From an uncultured Hyphomicrobiales bacterium (GTDB lineage Bacteria; Bacteroidota; Ignavibacteria; Kapaibacteriales; UBA2268), in assembly GCA_964509335.1 (NCBI GenBank), contig CAZDXB010000002.1:58253-122252 (forward strand): 64,000 nucleotides of DNA. The letters run 5' to 3'. Under the pieces are notes generated by a model, which was given only the letters and a program-made list of their open reading frames with translations, was not told the DNA's origin and did not search any database. The stretch's first letter is position 1; each line of letters begins with the position of its first letter. The translations under genes were made by a program, and so were the position numbers. This document shows positions 1 to 8,871 of this stretch, piece after piece.

Positions 1-2229
1 GCGAAAATCATACAAGTGCTTCGTTTGCCGAACAACTTGCTGAAAGTCCTCGTCGAAGGCTTGCTTCACGCTCGCGTCAAAAAAGCGAGGAAAAGGAAAG
101 AGTACCTGTCCGCCGAGTATCGAATAATTCCAGCTGATTACGACGAAAAAGACAAAGAGCTAAAAGCTCACGTAAGAAGAGTTTCCGAGCTGTTCACAAA
201 ATACGTCGATAGGAACAAAAATCTGCCGTCGGACTTGATTTCCGCTTTCGAGAATATCGACGACCCCGTGCGGAAGCTGTATTTCGCCGCGTCTAACATT
301 ACGCAAAAAGTTAACGTTAAGCAAAAAATCCTTAACGCAAAGAACTTTAAGCGGCAGTATTTTCAACTAGCGCAAATACTTACTTCCGAAGTCGAGATGC
401 TCAAGCTCGAAGAAGAAATCGACGGCAAAGTAAGCGACACGATACAGAAAACTCAGAAGAAATTTTATATTCAGGAGCAAATCCGAGCCCTTCAGAAAGA
501 GTTGGGAGAAGACGAAGAAGCGAGTCCGGAAATGGCGGCTCTGAAAAAGGCTATCAAGAAAGCGAAGATGCCTAAGCAAGCTCGCGAAAAAGCCGAGGAC
601 GAATTCAAAAAGCTCAAGAAAACGCCGCCGATGTCGCCGGAATACTCGGTTAACAGAACGTATATAGAATTTCTGACGCAACTGCCTTGGAAGGAAAAAA
701 CCGACGACAATCTCGACATCCAGCACGTTAAAAAAATACTCGACGACGACCACTACGACCTTGACAAACCAAAAGAGCGAATATTAGAATACATCGCCGT
801 TCTGAATTTAGTCGAAAATTTGAAACGACAAATACTATGCTTCGTCGGACCGCCGGGAGTCGGCAAAACCTCTCTCGCCCGCTCTATTGCCAGAGCATTA
901 GGCAGACGATTCGTCAGGTTCTCGCTAGGCGGCATTCGCGACGAAGCGGAAATACGCGGGCATCGGAGAACATACGTCGGCGCGCTTCCCGGCAAAATCA
1001 TCCAAGCGATGAAGCGAGCGGAAACTGTCAATCCGGTCATTCTGCTCGACGAAGTCGATAAAATGTCGATGGACTTCCGCGGCGACCCCTCGTCGGCGCT
1101 TCTCGAAGTCCTCGACCCCGAACAAAACGTAGCCTTCAACGACCACTACTTAGAAGTCGATTACGACCTCTCGAACGTTCTGTTCATAACGACGGCTAAC
1201 GTGCGATATAATATTCCCGCGCCCTTGCAAGACAGAATGGAAATAATCGAGCTTAACGGCTACTTAGAGCCGGACAAAATACAAATAGCAAAACGCCATA
1301 TTATACCGAAGATTACTGAAGAATTGGGACTCGGCGATTTCAACATTAACTTCTCGGACAATTCGCTCGTCAAAATCATACGCGATTACACCAGAGAAGC
1401 CGGCGTCAGAAATCTGGAAAGAGAAGTCTCGTCGGTTCTTAGAAAGTTAGCGAAGGAAATCGTCCAAGATTACGACAAGAAAAGAAGCAAAACTAACGGC
1501 AAGGGCGAAAGAGTTATACTAAGAGAAGACGAAAAATTTAAAGACAATCTGAAAAAGAAAAAATTCATTATAAGCGACAAAAGAGTAGAAAAATACCTGC
1601 GAGCGCCAAAATACAAAAGCAAAAAAGACAAGCTCGAAGATAAAATCGGAATAGCGACCGGACTCGCTTGGACGAGCGCGGGCGGCGACATTCTGCCCGT
1701 AGAAGTGGCTATAATGTCCGGCTCGGAAAAGCTGACGTTAACGGGCAAGCTCGGCGACGTGATGCAGGAATCCGCCAAAGCCGCTCTATCTTATATAAGA
1801 GCGAACGCTAAGGATTTGAATTTGCCGGAGAATTTCTACAAGAAAAAAGAAATACATGTTCACGCGCCGGAAGGAGCCATACCCAAAGACGGACCTTCCG
1901 CCGGAGTAACGATAGCTATGGCGCTAATTTCCGCGGCTTCGTCGAAGCCCGTTAAAGGCGACGTCGCTATGACCGGCGAATTAACACTTCGCGGGGACGT
2001 CCTGCCCGTCGGCGGTCTAGACGAAAAACTAGTCGCCGCGAAGCGTTTGGGCTACAAGAAAGTATTAATTCCCGAAGATAACCTAAAAGACGTGAAAGAC
2101 GTCAGAAAAGATGTGAAAGACGGGCTTGAAATAGTCGCTTTAAAAAAACTGGACGAAGCGATTCAGCATGTTTTCAGAAATAGCGCGAAACCGTCGTCAA
2201 AATCTAAAACCAAAAAGAAAACGAAATGA
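1..2229 (+). CDS. lon: ATP-dependent Lon protease (LonA type), 5'-truncated by window edge
   Basis: The frame is open from base 1, so the true start lies upstream. Walker A is GPPGVGKTS and Walker B is ILLDEVDK. The C-terminal Lon protease domain has PKDGPSAGV (catalytic Ser) and a downstream [12 protein letters not shown] Lys region. An N-terminal LAN/coiled-coil segment is present. Confidence 0.95.
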   Translation, partial: AKIIQVLRLPNNLLKVLVEGLLHARVKKARKRKEYLSAEYRIIPADYDEKDKELKAHVRRVSELFTKYVDRNKNLPSDLISAFENIDDPVRKLYFAASNITQKVNVKQKILNAKNFKRQYFQLAQILTSEVEMLKLEEEIDGKVSDTIQKTQKKFYIQEQIRALQKELGEDEEASPEMAALKKAIKKAKMPKQAREKAEDEFKKLKKTPPMSPEYSVNRTYIEFLTQLPWKEKTDDNLDIQHVKKILDDDHYDLDKPKERILEYIAVLNLVENLKRQILCFVGPPGVGKTSLARSIARALGRRFVRFSLGGIRDEAEIRGHRRTYVGALPGKIIQAMKRAETVNPVILLDEVDKMSMDFRGDPSSALLEVLDPEQNVAFNDHYLEVDYDLSNVLFITTANVRYNIPAPLQDRMEIIELNGYLEPDKIQIAKRHIIPKITEELGLGDFNINFSDNSLVKIIRDYTREAGVRNLEREVSSVLRKLAKEIVQDYDKKRSKTNGKGERVILREDEKFKDNLKKKKFIISDKRVEKYLRAPKYKSKKDKLEDKIGIATGLAWTSAGGDILPVEVAIMSGSEKLTLTGKLGDVMQESAKAALSYIRANAKDLNLPENFYKKKEIHVHAPEGAIPKDGPSAGVTIAMALISAASSKPVKGDVAMTGELTLRGDVLPVGGLDEKLVAAKRLGYKKVLIPEDNLKDVKDVRKDVKDGLEIVALKKLDEAIQHVFRNSAKPSSKSKTKKKTK

Positions 2230-3119
2230 AAGATTATAGAAAATACTTACAACCTTCAACCGTAGCTAAGCTAGAAAATATCGAGTTAGTAGCGCGGCTC
2301 GTTGTTGAGGGATTTATAACGGGCTTGCACAGGTCGCCGTATCACGGCTTCAGCGTGGAATTCGCCGAGCATCGACCTTATAGAATCGGCGACGAAATAC
2401 GGCATATCGACTGGAAAGTTTACGGCAGGTCGGAAAAATTCTACGTAAAACAATTCGAGGAAGAGACGAATTTAAGAAGCATGATAGCCGTTGACTCTTC
2501 CGCTTCGATGCGTTTCGCCTCAGAAGGCAACATATCCAAATACGAATACGCATGCTATTTAGCGGCGGCTCTTTCGTATCTATTAATCAATCAGCGGGAC
2601 GCCGTCGGCTTGGCGCTATACGATTCCGAAGTTCGAACGATGATAAGACCCAGCTCGAGGAAATCCCACATCCGTGAAATACTGAAAATTCTGGACTCTA
2701 CCGTTCCCGCGAACGAAACGCAAACATCGCCCGCGTTGGATTTGCTGGCGGAGAAAATCAAAAGGCGCGGCTTGGTAGTAATTATTAGCGACTTTTTCGA
2801 CGACCCTCAACAAGTAGTAAAAGCGCTGCAACACTTTAGGCACAAGAAACACGAAGTATTAGTTTTTCAAATTCTCGACCCGAGAGAAATCGACTTCAAA
2901 TTCGGCAAAAGCGCCGTTTTCAAAGACATAGAAATTGGCGACAAAATGACCGCTCAACCTTACCAGCTACAGAAAGCTTACGCGGAAAAAATGCGTGAGT
3001 TCACGTTCAATTTGAAAAAGTCGTGCAGAAATCACAATATCGACTTTAACTTAATAAACACCGCCGACCCATTCGACAAAGCGATGAAAGAGTTTATCGC
3101 CAAAAGGAAGCGTATGTAA
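2226..3119 (+). CDS. DUF58 (vWA-like, MoxR-associated) family protein
   Basis: 297 aa. The block HRSPYHGFSVEFAEHRPYRIGDEIRHIDWKVYGRSEKFYVKQFEEE is typical of DUF58 proteins. The start overlaps the lon stop (ATGA). Confidence 0.75.
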   Translation: MKDYRKYLQPSTVAKLENIELVARLVVEGFITGLHRSPYHGFSVEFAEHRPYRIGDEIRHIDWKVYGRSEKFYVKQFEEETNLRSMIAVDSSASMRFASEGNISKYEYACYLAAALSYLLINQRDAVGLALYDSEVRTMIRPSSRKSHIREILKILDSTVPANETQTSPALDLLAEKIKRRGLVVIISDFFDDPQQVVKALQHFRHKKHEVLVFQILDPREIDFKFGKSAVFKDIEIGDKMTAQPYQLQKAYAEKMREFTFNLKKSCRNHNIDFNLINTADPFDKAMKEFIAKRKRM

Positions 3120-3120
3120 A

Positions 3121-4050
3121 ATGACTATTCGATACGTCGATTTATTCGCCGGAATAGGAGGCTTCAGAATTGCCGCCGAAAAAGCTTTCAAGGAGCTTAA
3201 CGTGAAAGGCGAATGCGTTTTTTCATGCGAAATAGATTCTCATTGCCAAAAAACATACGCCAAAAACTTCGGCGAAACGCCCTTCGGCGACGTCAAAGAA
3301 CTGGACGAAAACGAAGTCCCCGACTTTAATTTGCTATTCGCCGGCTTCCCTTGCCAATCGTTCAGCATAATCGGCAAAAAAAGAGGCTTCGGGGACGCCA
3401 GAGGCGCGCTTTTCTTCGACATCGCCCGAATCTTAAAAGCAAAAAAACCGGATGGCTTCGTCTTGGAAAACGTCCGCCAGCTTTCAACGCACGACAAAGG
3501 AAACACGCTGAAAAAAATTTTGGAAATACTGAAAGATTTGGGCTATACCGTTTACTACGAAATCCTGAACTCGCTGGATTACGGTTTGCCTCAAAAAAGA
3601 GAGCGAACCTATTTCGTCGGATTAAACAAACAGTTCGAATTCAATGCGCCACCCAAAAAGAGCAAATACAAGCCCTTATCGGAAATACTCGAAAATAAAG
3701 TCGAACCAAAATATTACGCGTCTGAAAAAATCAAAAAAAAGCGAAAAGAGAAGCATAAAAGCCGCTACAAACCAGCTATTTGGCACGAAAACAAATCGGG
3801 GCATATAAGCTCTTATCCGTATTCATGCGCGTTAAGAGCGAACGCTTCTTATAATTACTTATTAGTGGACGGCGAGCGAAGATTAACGCCGAGAGAAGCC
3901 CTAAGACTGCAGGGCTTCCCCGACTGGTTCGAAATCGTATCGCCTACTACTCAAGTCTCAAAGCAAACCGGAAACGCCGTCCCCGTTCACGTCGCCCACG
4001 CAATCCTAAAACAATTCCTGCCGGTATTTATTGAGAAAGGAATTAAGTGA
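3121..4050 (+). CDS. DNA (cytosine-5)-methyltransferase, orphan (no adjacent endonuclease)
   Basis: 309 aa with m5C-MTase motifs in canonical order: I FAGIGG, IV GFPCQSFS (catalytic Cys), VI ENV, VIII QKRER, IX REALRLQGFP, X GNAVPV. The ATG lies 1 nt after the DUF58 stop. Confidence 0.9.
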   Translation: MTIRYVDLFAGIGGFRIAAEKAFKELNVKGECVFSCEIDSHCQKTYAKNFGETPFGDVKELDENEVPDFNLLFAGFPCQSFSIIGKKRGFGDARGALFFDIARILKAKKPDGFVLENVRQLSTHDKGNTLKKILEILKDLGYTVYYEILNSLDYGLPQKRERTYFVGLNKQFEFNAPPKKSKYKPLSEILENKVEPKYYASEKIKKKRKEKHKSRYKPAIWHENKSGHISSYPYSCALRANASYNYLLVDGERRLTPREALRLQGFPDWFEIVSPTTQVSKQTGNAVPVHVAHAILKQFLPVFIEKGIK

Positions 4051-4091
4051 AATTATATGAACAATAAGTAAAGACAAACGACCCATCAGTA

Positions 4092-4138
4092 GTCATTCTC
4101 AGCTCGACTGAGAATCCAAAGAAAACGAATATTTTGGA
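4092..4138. repeat. REP-like palindromic element (GTCATTC-hairpin-GAATCCA type), copy 1
   Basis: The stem is ATTCTCAG (4095-4102) / CTGAGAAT (4108-4115) with a 5-nt loop. The ~47-nt unit aligns at roughly 80% identity with 18843-18890. Confidence 0.6.
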
Positions 4139-4323
4139 TTTTAAAATTAGATATGAAAAAACGCCGATACAATTGAATTTTAATCACGCTCAATTTTATG
4201 GAATACCAAACCGTTAAAATAAACCGAAGGTTGACATAACAACGCGATTGATAGGCGTTTCAAAAGAACGTCAACCTCGAGCAAATCTCTAGTAATGAAA
4301 CAATCCCAATATCATATCTCTTG

Positions 4324-4368
4324 TAGTAGCTCAAGCTTCTTATAGTAGCTCAAGCTTCCAGCTTGAGC
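4324..4368. repeat. Tandem 16-mer (TAGTAGCTCAAGCTTC x2, period 19) ending in a 9-bp hairpin
   Basis: Identical 16-mers lie at 4324-4339 and 4343-4358. GCTCAAGCT (4348-4356) pairs with AGCTTGAGC (4360-4368). Confidence 0.7.
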
Positions 4369-4548
4369 AAACAAAAATAAAACTCTTGAGTAAGTATAGA
4401 ATACGACATAACAAGCAAGCTAGGAATCTTTCTCTACCAATCCTCCCCCCGACAAATCTGAGTTTGGCGGAGAGGGTAAATCAGCGTTTGATATAACCGA
4501 CAAATTCGTTAAATTGGCGTAGTAAGTTAAATTTATCTGAAGATAGAT

Positions 4549-4956
4549 ATGTCGCTAAACGAAGATATTCGCTGGAAACAAAGATTTTCAAATTTTGAAA
4601 AGTCTTTTTGGCGACTAGAAAAATCGTTAAGTATCGAGAGACCGAGCGAGACCGAAAAAGCCGGCATAATTCAGTTTTTCGAAATAAATTTCGAGCTATC
4701 TTGGAAATTGATGAAAGACTACTTGGAAACGTTGGGATTCGACCTAAACAGCCCCCGCTCTTCTATTAAGCAAGCTTTTCAGTCGGAGATAATCAGCGAC
4801 GGTCATATTTGGCTTGAAGCGCTACAACATAGAAACAAAACTACTCATATCTATGACGACGAAACCGCCGATAAAATATTAAAGAGCATAAAAACCAAGT
4901 ATTTCCCCGCTATTAAAGAATTTTACGAATTTATGAAATCGAAAATAGAGAAATGA
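4549..4956 (+). CDS. HEPN-type nucleotidyltransferase substrate-binding protein (HI0074-like), toxin-antitoxin component
   Basis: 135 aa. It has an R-x4-H HEPN motif (HRNKTTH) near the C-terminus and overlaps the downstream MNT gene by 4 nt. Confidence 0.8.
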   Translation: MSLNEDIRWKQRFSNFEKSFWRLEKSLSIERPSETEKAGIIQFFEINFELSWKLMKDYLETLGFDLNSPRSSIKQAFQSEIISDGHIWLEALQHRNKTTHIYDDETADKILKSIKTKYFPAIKEFYEFMKSKIEK

Positions 4957-5264
4957 AATACGGGCTTACGAATAAAGACCTCGCACACATAACAAAAGCT
5001 CTGGCTCTCATACCTGAAATACGAAGCGGCGTTTTGTTTGGCTCAAGAGCTAAGGGCGACAACAAAAAAGGCTCGGACGTGGACTTAGCTATTAAAGGTG
5101 AAAAGCTAACTCAAGATTCCGCTTTAAAACTACAAGATATTCTCGAAGAGCAAATGCCGCTGCCTTACTTTTTCGACGTCGTTATATACGACGAAATTGA
5201 CAACAAAAACTTAAAAGAACACATCGACAGACGCGGCGAAGAAATTTACCGAAGAAAACTATGA
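4953..5264 (+). CDS. Minimal nucleotidyltransferase (MNT, HI0073-like), toxin-antitoxin component
   Basis: 103 aa. It has the Pol-beta NTase signature LFGSRAKGDNKKGSDVDLAI (G-S ... D-x-D) and is translationally coupled to the HEPN gene. Confidence 0.85.
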   Translation: MKYGLTNKDLAHITKALALIPEIRSGVLFGSRAKGDNKKGSDVDLAIKGEKLTQDSALKLQDILEEQMPLPYFFDVVIYDEIDNKNLKEHIDRRGEEIYRRKL

Positions 5265-5456
5265 GTTGCGAACAAATAACAGAGTAGCTAATCGGAAGCG
5301 ACGTCTCAATCCAATATCAAACATATCGCTATTCGCTAGACGAAGAGCGCAAAGACAACAGATGGACTCTGCAAGCGCCCCATCCCGACAAAACTCATTT
5401 CGAAATGGAGGAAGCCGGTAAGCCTAGCCGCTGGAATACGCTAAGAGCTTTAAGAA
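5261..5456 (+). pseudogene. 3'-terminal gene fragment (copy A), interrupted by TAG after 8 codons
   Basis: Nearly identical to the 70-aa ORF at 6690-6902, but CAG in copy B is TAG here (atgagttgcgaacaaataacagagTAG). There is no upstream body of the gene. Confidence 0.55.
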
Positions 5457-5619
5457 CGCTAAGGAATTTTAACATAAAGCGCTTTAAAACGGCGCGAGTC
5501 ATTTAGTTTTCAGCAGAATGATTATAAATTTAATTATCTTTTTCCTTTCTTATCTTAATTCTTATATTAGTTTATTAAACAAATACTTTTTCTTTTTAAT
5601 ATTAATTGGAGGTTACATT

Positions 5620-6273
5620 ATGATTAAAAATATTTCATTATGGATTTGCTTAATAGCTCTTACGGCGGCTTTTAGCCTAGCGTTCTTTTCTTGCAGTTCC
5701 GACGGCGGAACTGACCCGGACGATAACGACAACAACGGAGAATCTTGGGAGCCGTACCAGTTTGAACCCAATACGACATTTCACTATGATTTAACGACTG
5801 AAATCGAAGGCAAGGATTCGACTGGAGAACTCAGCGTTTATATTAAAAACCCAGCCGTAGAAATAACTTGGGTGTGGGACGGCGAGGAAGGCTCTTCTGA
5901 ATATGCGGTTGAAGATAATATTAAAGACAACTTTACCTTTGCGGCTTCAGGAACTCCTTTCCCCCATCTTTTACATAATTATACTTGGGCTTTGGGGTAC
6001 GGCCAAGGTAAAGATTTAAAAGTAGGCAATCATTGGAGCTGGTCGCATGCCGGCGTTTCGTATTCGTTTAATGTTACCGGCAAAGAAGAATACGCCGGTA
6101 TGAGCGGTTACGTAGTCGAAACAGAAATAACGGACTCGAACGAAGGAGAAGAATTTTTCTTTTTAGCTTGTATCAATCCAGACATAGCTTTACCTTTAAT
6201 GAACATTTGGGAAGGCAAAAGCGAACAAGATGAATTCTACTACAAGATGACATTAGTAAGCTATGAAAATTAA
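5620..6273 (+). CDS. Hypothetical lipoprotein
   Basis: I chose the internal ATG at 5620, preceded by GGAGG, rather than the track start at 5518. It has a signal peptide with a lipobox (LAFFSCSS). No family was recognised. Confidence 0.6.
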   Translation: MIKNISLWICLIALTAAFSLAFFSCSSDGGTDPDDNDNNGESWEPYQFEPNTTFHYDLTTEIEGKDSTGELSVYIKNPAVEITWVWDGEEGSSEYAVEDNIKDNFTFAASGTPFPHLLHNYTWALGYGQGKDLKVGNHWSWSHAGVSYSFNVTGKEEYAGMSGYVVETEITDSNEGEEFFFLACINPDIALPLMNIWEGKSEQDEFYYKMTLVSYEN

Positions 6274-6357
6274 ATATATTTTCTAGATTACCCGCTATTA
6301 ACGCTTTAATTTTAAGATTATATTTTTGGGAGCTTTCGTTCCTAAAAATTCGAATTT

Positions 6358-6399
6358 GGTAACGTAACGGACATCTTTAAAGATGTGCCTTACGTTACC
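6358..6399. repeat. 42-nt near-perfect palindrome
   Basis: GGTAACGTAACGGACATCTTTAAAGATGTGCCTTACGTTACC has 2 mismatches per arm, is centred on TTTAAA, and is not followed by a T-run. Confidence 0.7.
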
Positions 6400-6559
6400 T
6401 CTTTGCTTCATATGACGCGCATAATAACTTCAAATCAGCTAAGGCGATAGCCGCCGCTTCTATTATCGGCGCGTTACTGTATTATATTAAATCCTCGTTT
6501 GACATAACCGACAAATTCGTTAAATTGGCGTAGTAAGCTAAATTTATCTGAAGATAGAT

Positions 6560-6689
6560 ATGTCGCTAAACGAAGATATTCGCTGGAAACAAAGATTTTC
6601 AAATTTCGATAATTCTTTTCGGCGATTAGAACAATCGTTAAGTATCGAGAAACCCAAGACGCGGCGGAGATATCTACCGAAGAAAAACT
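6560..6689 (+). pseudogene. Decayed HEPN-MNT cassette (copy B) with ~590-bp internal deletion
   Basis: 6496-6652 matches 4485-4641, including the same start codon context. The sequence then jumps to the equivalent of ~5230-5260. The resulting 96-aa track ORF is an out-of-frame fusion. Confidence 0.8.
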
Positions 6690-6902
6690 ATGAGTTGCGA
6701 ACAAATAACAGAGCAGCTAATCGGAAGCGACGTCTCAATCCAATATCAAACATATCTCGATTCGCTAGACGAAGAGCGCAAAGACAACAGATGGACTCTG
6801 CAAGCGCCCCATCCCGACAAAACTCATTTCGAAATGGAGGAAGCCGGTAAGCCTAGCCGCTGGAATACGCTAAGAGCGTTAAGAGTCTTGAAACGCTTTT
6901 AA
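6690..6902 (+). pseudogene. 3'-terminal gene fragment (copy B), intact 70-codon ORF of unknown family
   Basis: It duplicates 5261-5456. It ends ...GKPSRWNTLRALRVLKRF, which looks like the C-terminus of a longer protein. No N-terminal body is present, and expression is uncertain. Confidence 0.4.
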
Positions 6903-6924
6903 AAATCAAGCGCGAAATATAATA

Positions 6925-8343
6925 TTATTTTAACGGCGGAAAATAAAACAACGTTATTCTGGGAATCGACAAAAACGAAATTGCCTCGATGGGCTCTTTG
7001 CTTTCGTCGTCTTTAATTATATTTATTTGGGAGCGTTCTAATTCAAAATTTATTCGCCACTCCCCGCTCAAAACAAAAAGTCCAAAATCGCTCGGGAAGT
7101 TTATGTAAAGTCCGAGCCCCCCAATTAGTCCAATCTGGTTTTCTTGGTCGGAATTATACGTATTAAACATGCCGGCGGCGCCGAAAGTTCCATAAAAATT
7201 CACTCTGGAATATGGATTTACAACCCAGTGAGTGCATATTTCTAAATTTCTGTAAATATTGTCCGTAAAGTCGTTATTCTCGGGAACCGCTTTTTTTCTT
7301 GAATAATTGAAAGCCGCCTCTATCAGCAATTCGTCAATTATTTGGTACGTTATCGCTCCGCCGTATGTAAAAAGTCCGTTATAAGAAATGTCATGTTCGC
7401 CGTCTTCTCTATGTTGCGTTTGCACAACGGTGTTTGTGCCTACGACAGGTCCGATACCGATAAATTTCTTATACGGATTGTAAAGCTCGTATTTAACGCT
7501 GTCTTCTTCGGCGTATTCATCGCCCTCGTAATCTTGAGCGAAAGCGACGCTTAAAGATAAAGCGAACGTTAACAAAATGTAAATCGACAAATTAAAAAAC
7601 GTCTTCGCCGTTTTGGTAGTCATTTTAATAACCTCGTCAATTGATTTTGATTTTATTTCAGCGATTTTTTTCGCTACGTATTCGACGTAAGCCGGTTCGT
7701 TTCTTTTGCCTCTGTTTGGAACCGGCGTCATAAAAGGCGAATCTGTCTCGAGCATTATTTTATTCAAAGGAGCTTTTTTAACTTCGCCGTCCAAATCCGT
7801 GTTCTTAAAAGTAATATTGCCCGTAAAAGATACCAAAAAGCCCAAATCCAAAACCTTTTTCAAAAATTCCTCGTCGCTGGAAAAGCAGTGCATAACTCCC
7901 TTAAGCGAATCGTCCCGCTCCTCCTCGATTATCTCTAAAATGTCCTCGTCGGCTTCCCTGTTATGTATTATCGCCGGCAAATCATTTTCCTTTGCTATTT
8001 GCAGTTGGCGTCTGAATACTTTTTTCTGAACGTCTTTCGGCGTAAAATCGTAATGATAATCCAAACCGATTTCGCCGACTGCTTTTACTTTTTCGCAACT
8101 TAAATTTTTTTCTATCGCGTCCAAAACCTCTTCGTTAAACTCCGACGCGTTGTGCGGATGAACCCCCATCGCGCAAAATAATCTATCGTCCGACTCCGCC
8201 AATTCGAGAACGCGACGATAATCCTTCGGCTCTACGGCGGGGATGATTACGCTCTCGACTCCCGCGTCGAAAGCCCTTTTCAGCGCTTCGTCCCTGTCCT
8301 CGTCGTAAGCGCCGAAATCAATATGAGCGTGAGTGTCTATCAT
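6925..8343 (-). CDS. TatD-family metal-dependent hydrolase continuing in frame into a signal-peptide/beta-barrel-like module
   Basis: aa 1-255 carry TatD motifs: HAHID, EIGLDYHYD, IHNREA, MHCFS, ETDSPFM. From Met241 (ATG at 7623-7621, with GAGGT 7 nt upstream) the sequence reads MTTKTAKTFFNLSIYILLTFALSLSVAFA-QD, followed by ~200 aa rich in Gly and aromatic residues in a beta-strand-like pattern. Confidence 0.85.
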   Translation of the reverse strand: MIDTHAHIDFGAYDEDRDEALKRAFDAGVESVIIPAVEPKDYRRVLELAESDDRLFCAMGVHPHNASEFNEEVLDAIEKNLSCEKVKAVGEIGLDYHYDFTPKDVQKKVFRRQLQIAKENDLPAIIHNREADEDILEIIEEERDDSLKGVMHCFSSDEEFLKKVLDLGFLVSFTGNITFKNTDLDGEVKKAPLNKIMLETDSPFMTPVPNRGKRNEPAYVEYVAKKIAEIKSKSIDEVIKMTTKTAKTFFNLSIYILLTFALSLSVAFAQDYEGDEYAEEDSVKYELYNPYKKFIGIGPVVGTNTVVQTQHREDGEHDISYNGLFTYGGAITYQIIDELLIEAAFNYSRKKAVPENNDFTDNIYRNLEICTHWVVNPYSRVNFYGTFGAAGMFNTYNSDQENQIGLIGGLGLYINFPSDFGLFVLSGEWRINFELERSQINIIKDDESKEPIEAISFLSIPRITLFYFPPLK

Positions 8344-8347
8344 AAAA

Positions 8348-8818
8348 TCAGCTTTTAAGCTCTTTTAATTTTTCCGTAACTTTTTCCGTGTGTCCGGCGA
8401 CTTTCACTTTCGGAAACACCCCTTGAATAACGCCGTCTGGGTCGATTATGTAAGTGCTTCTAACGACGCCTTTGACCTTCTTGCCAAACATATTCTTTTC
8501 TTTAATTACATCGTATTTATTACAGATTTCTTTGTCCGGGTCGGCTACTAAATGGAAATTCAAATTCAATTTCTCTCTGAATTTATCGTGAGATTTGACG
8601 CTGTCGGGGCTAACGCCGATAACCTCGGCTCCCAACTTAGTTATCTCGTCCATATTGTCCCTAAAAGAGCAAGCCTCCTTCGTGCATCCGGGCGTGTTGT
8701 CCTTCGGATAGAAATATAAAACAAGCCATTTGCCTGAATAATCGCTTAAGGATAATTTCTCTCCGCCTTCGATTTCCGCCGTAAAATCGGGCGCCTTGTC
8801 GCCGACTTTTAAAGCCAT
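8348..8818 (-). CDS. bcp: Thiol peroxidase / peroxiredoxin Bcp
   Basis: Starts MALKVGDKAPDF. The active site is PKDNTPGCTKEAC (CxxxxC). I chose the start at 8818; the longer track ORF would overlap the dnaX stop. Confidence 0.9.
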   Translation of the reverse strand: MALKVGDKAPDFTAEIEGGEKLSLSDYSGKWLVLYFYPKDNTPGCTKEACSFRDNMDEITKLGAEVIGVSPDSVKSHDKFREKLNLNFHLVADPDKEICNKYDVIKEKNMFGKKVKGVVRSTYIIDPDGVIQGVFPKVKVAGHTEKVTEKLKELKS

Positions 8819-8871
8819 TTCATTCGCTCCTATTAAATAATAATATATCTTTTCAATTATATCAACGTTCA

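Noticed and set aside
160-1778. Multiple 60-130-aa ORFs antisense to, or out of frame within, lon (160-366, 367-753, 492-719, 753-1139, 837-1061, 925-1146, 1470-1778).
   Set aside because: They are embedded in a gene with unambiguous Lon motifs. Their translations are low-complexity, Arg/Ser/Phe-rich, and match no family. The same reasoning applies to the short shadow ORFs listed inside dnaX, dnaK, flhA, pepD, TerL, ppk2, the dsr genes, the T9SS genes and others.
3733-3740. A8 tract inside the m5C methyltransferase as a phase-variation switch.
   Set aside because: A7-A8 runs are common in coding regions of this AT-leaning sequence (for example in hemE and hemN). Eight residues is short for efficient slippage. 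It is mentioned only as a weak possibility.
6560-6850. 96-aa ORF starting with the HEPN N-terminus.
   Set aside because: Only the first ~30 codons match the HEPN gene. After the deletion junction the frame is an Arg-rich read-through of unrelated sequence, so I treated it as a pseudogene.
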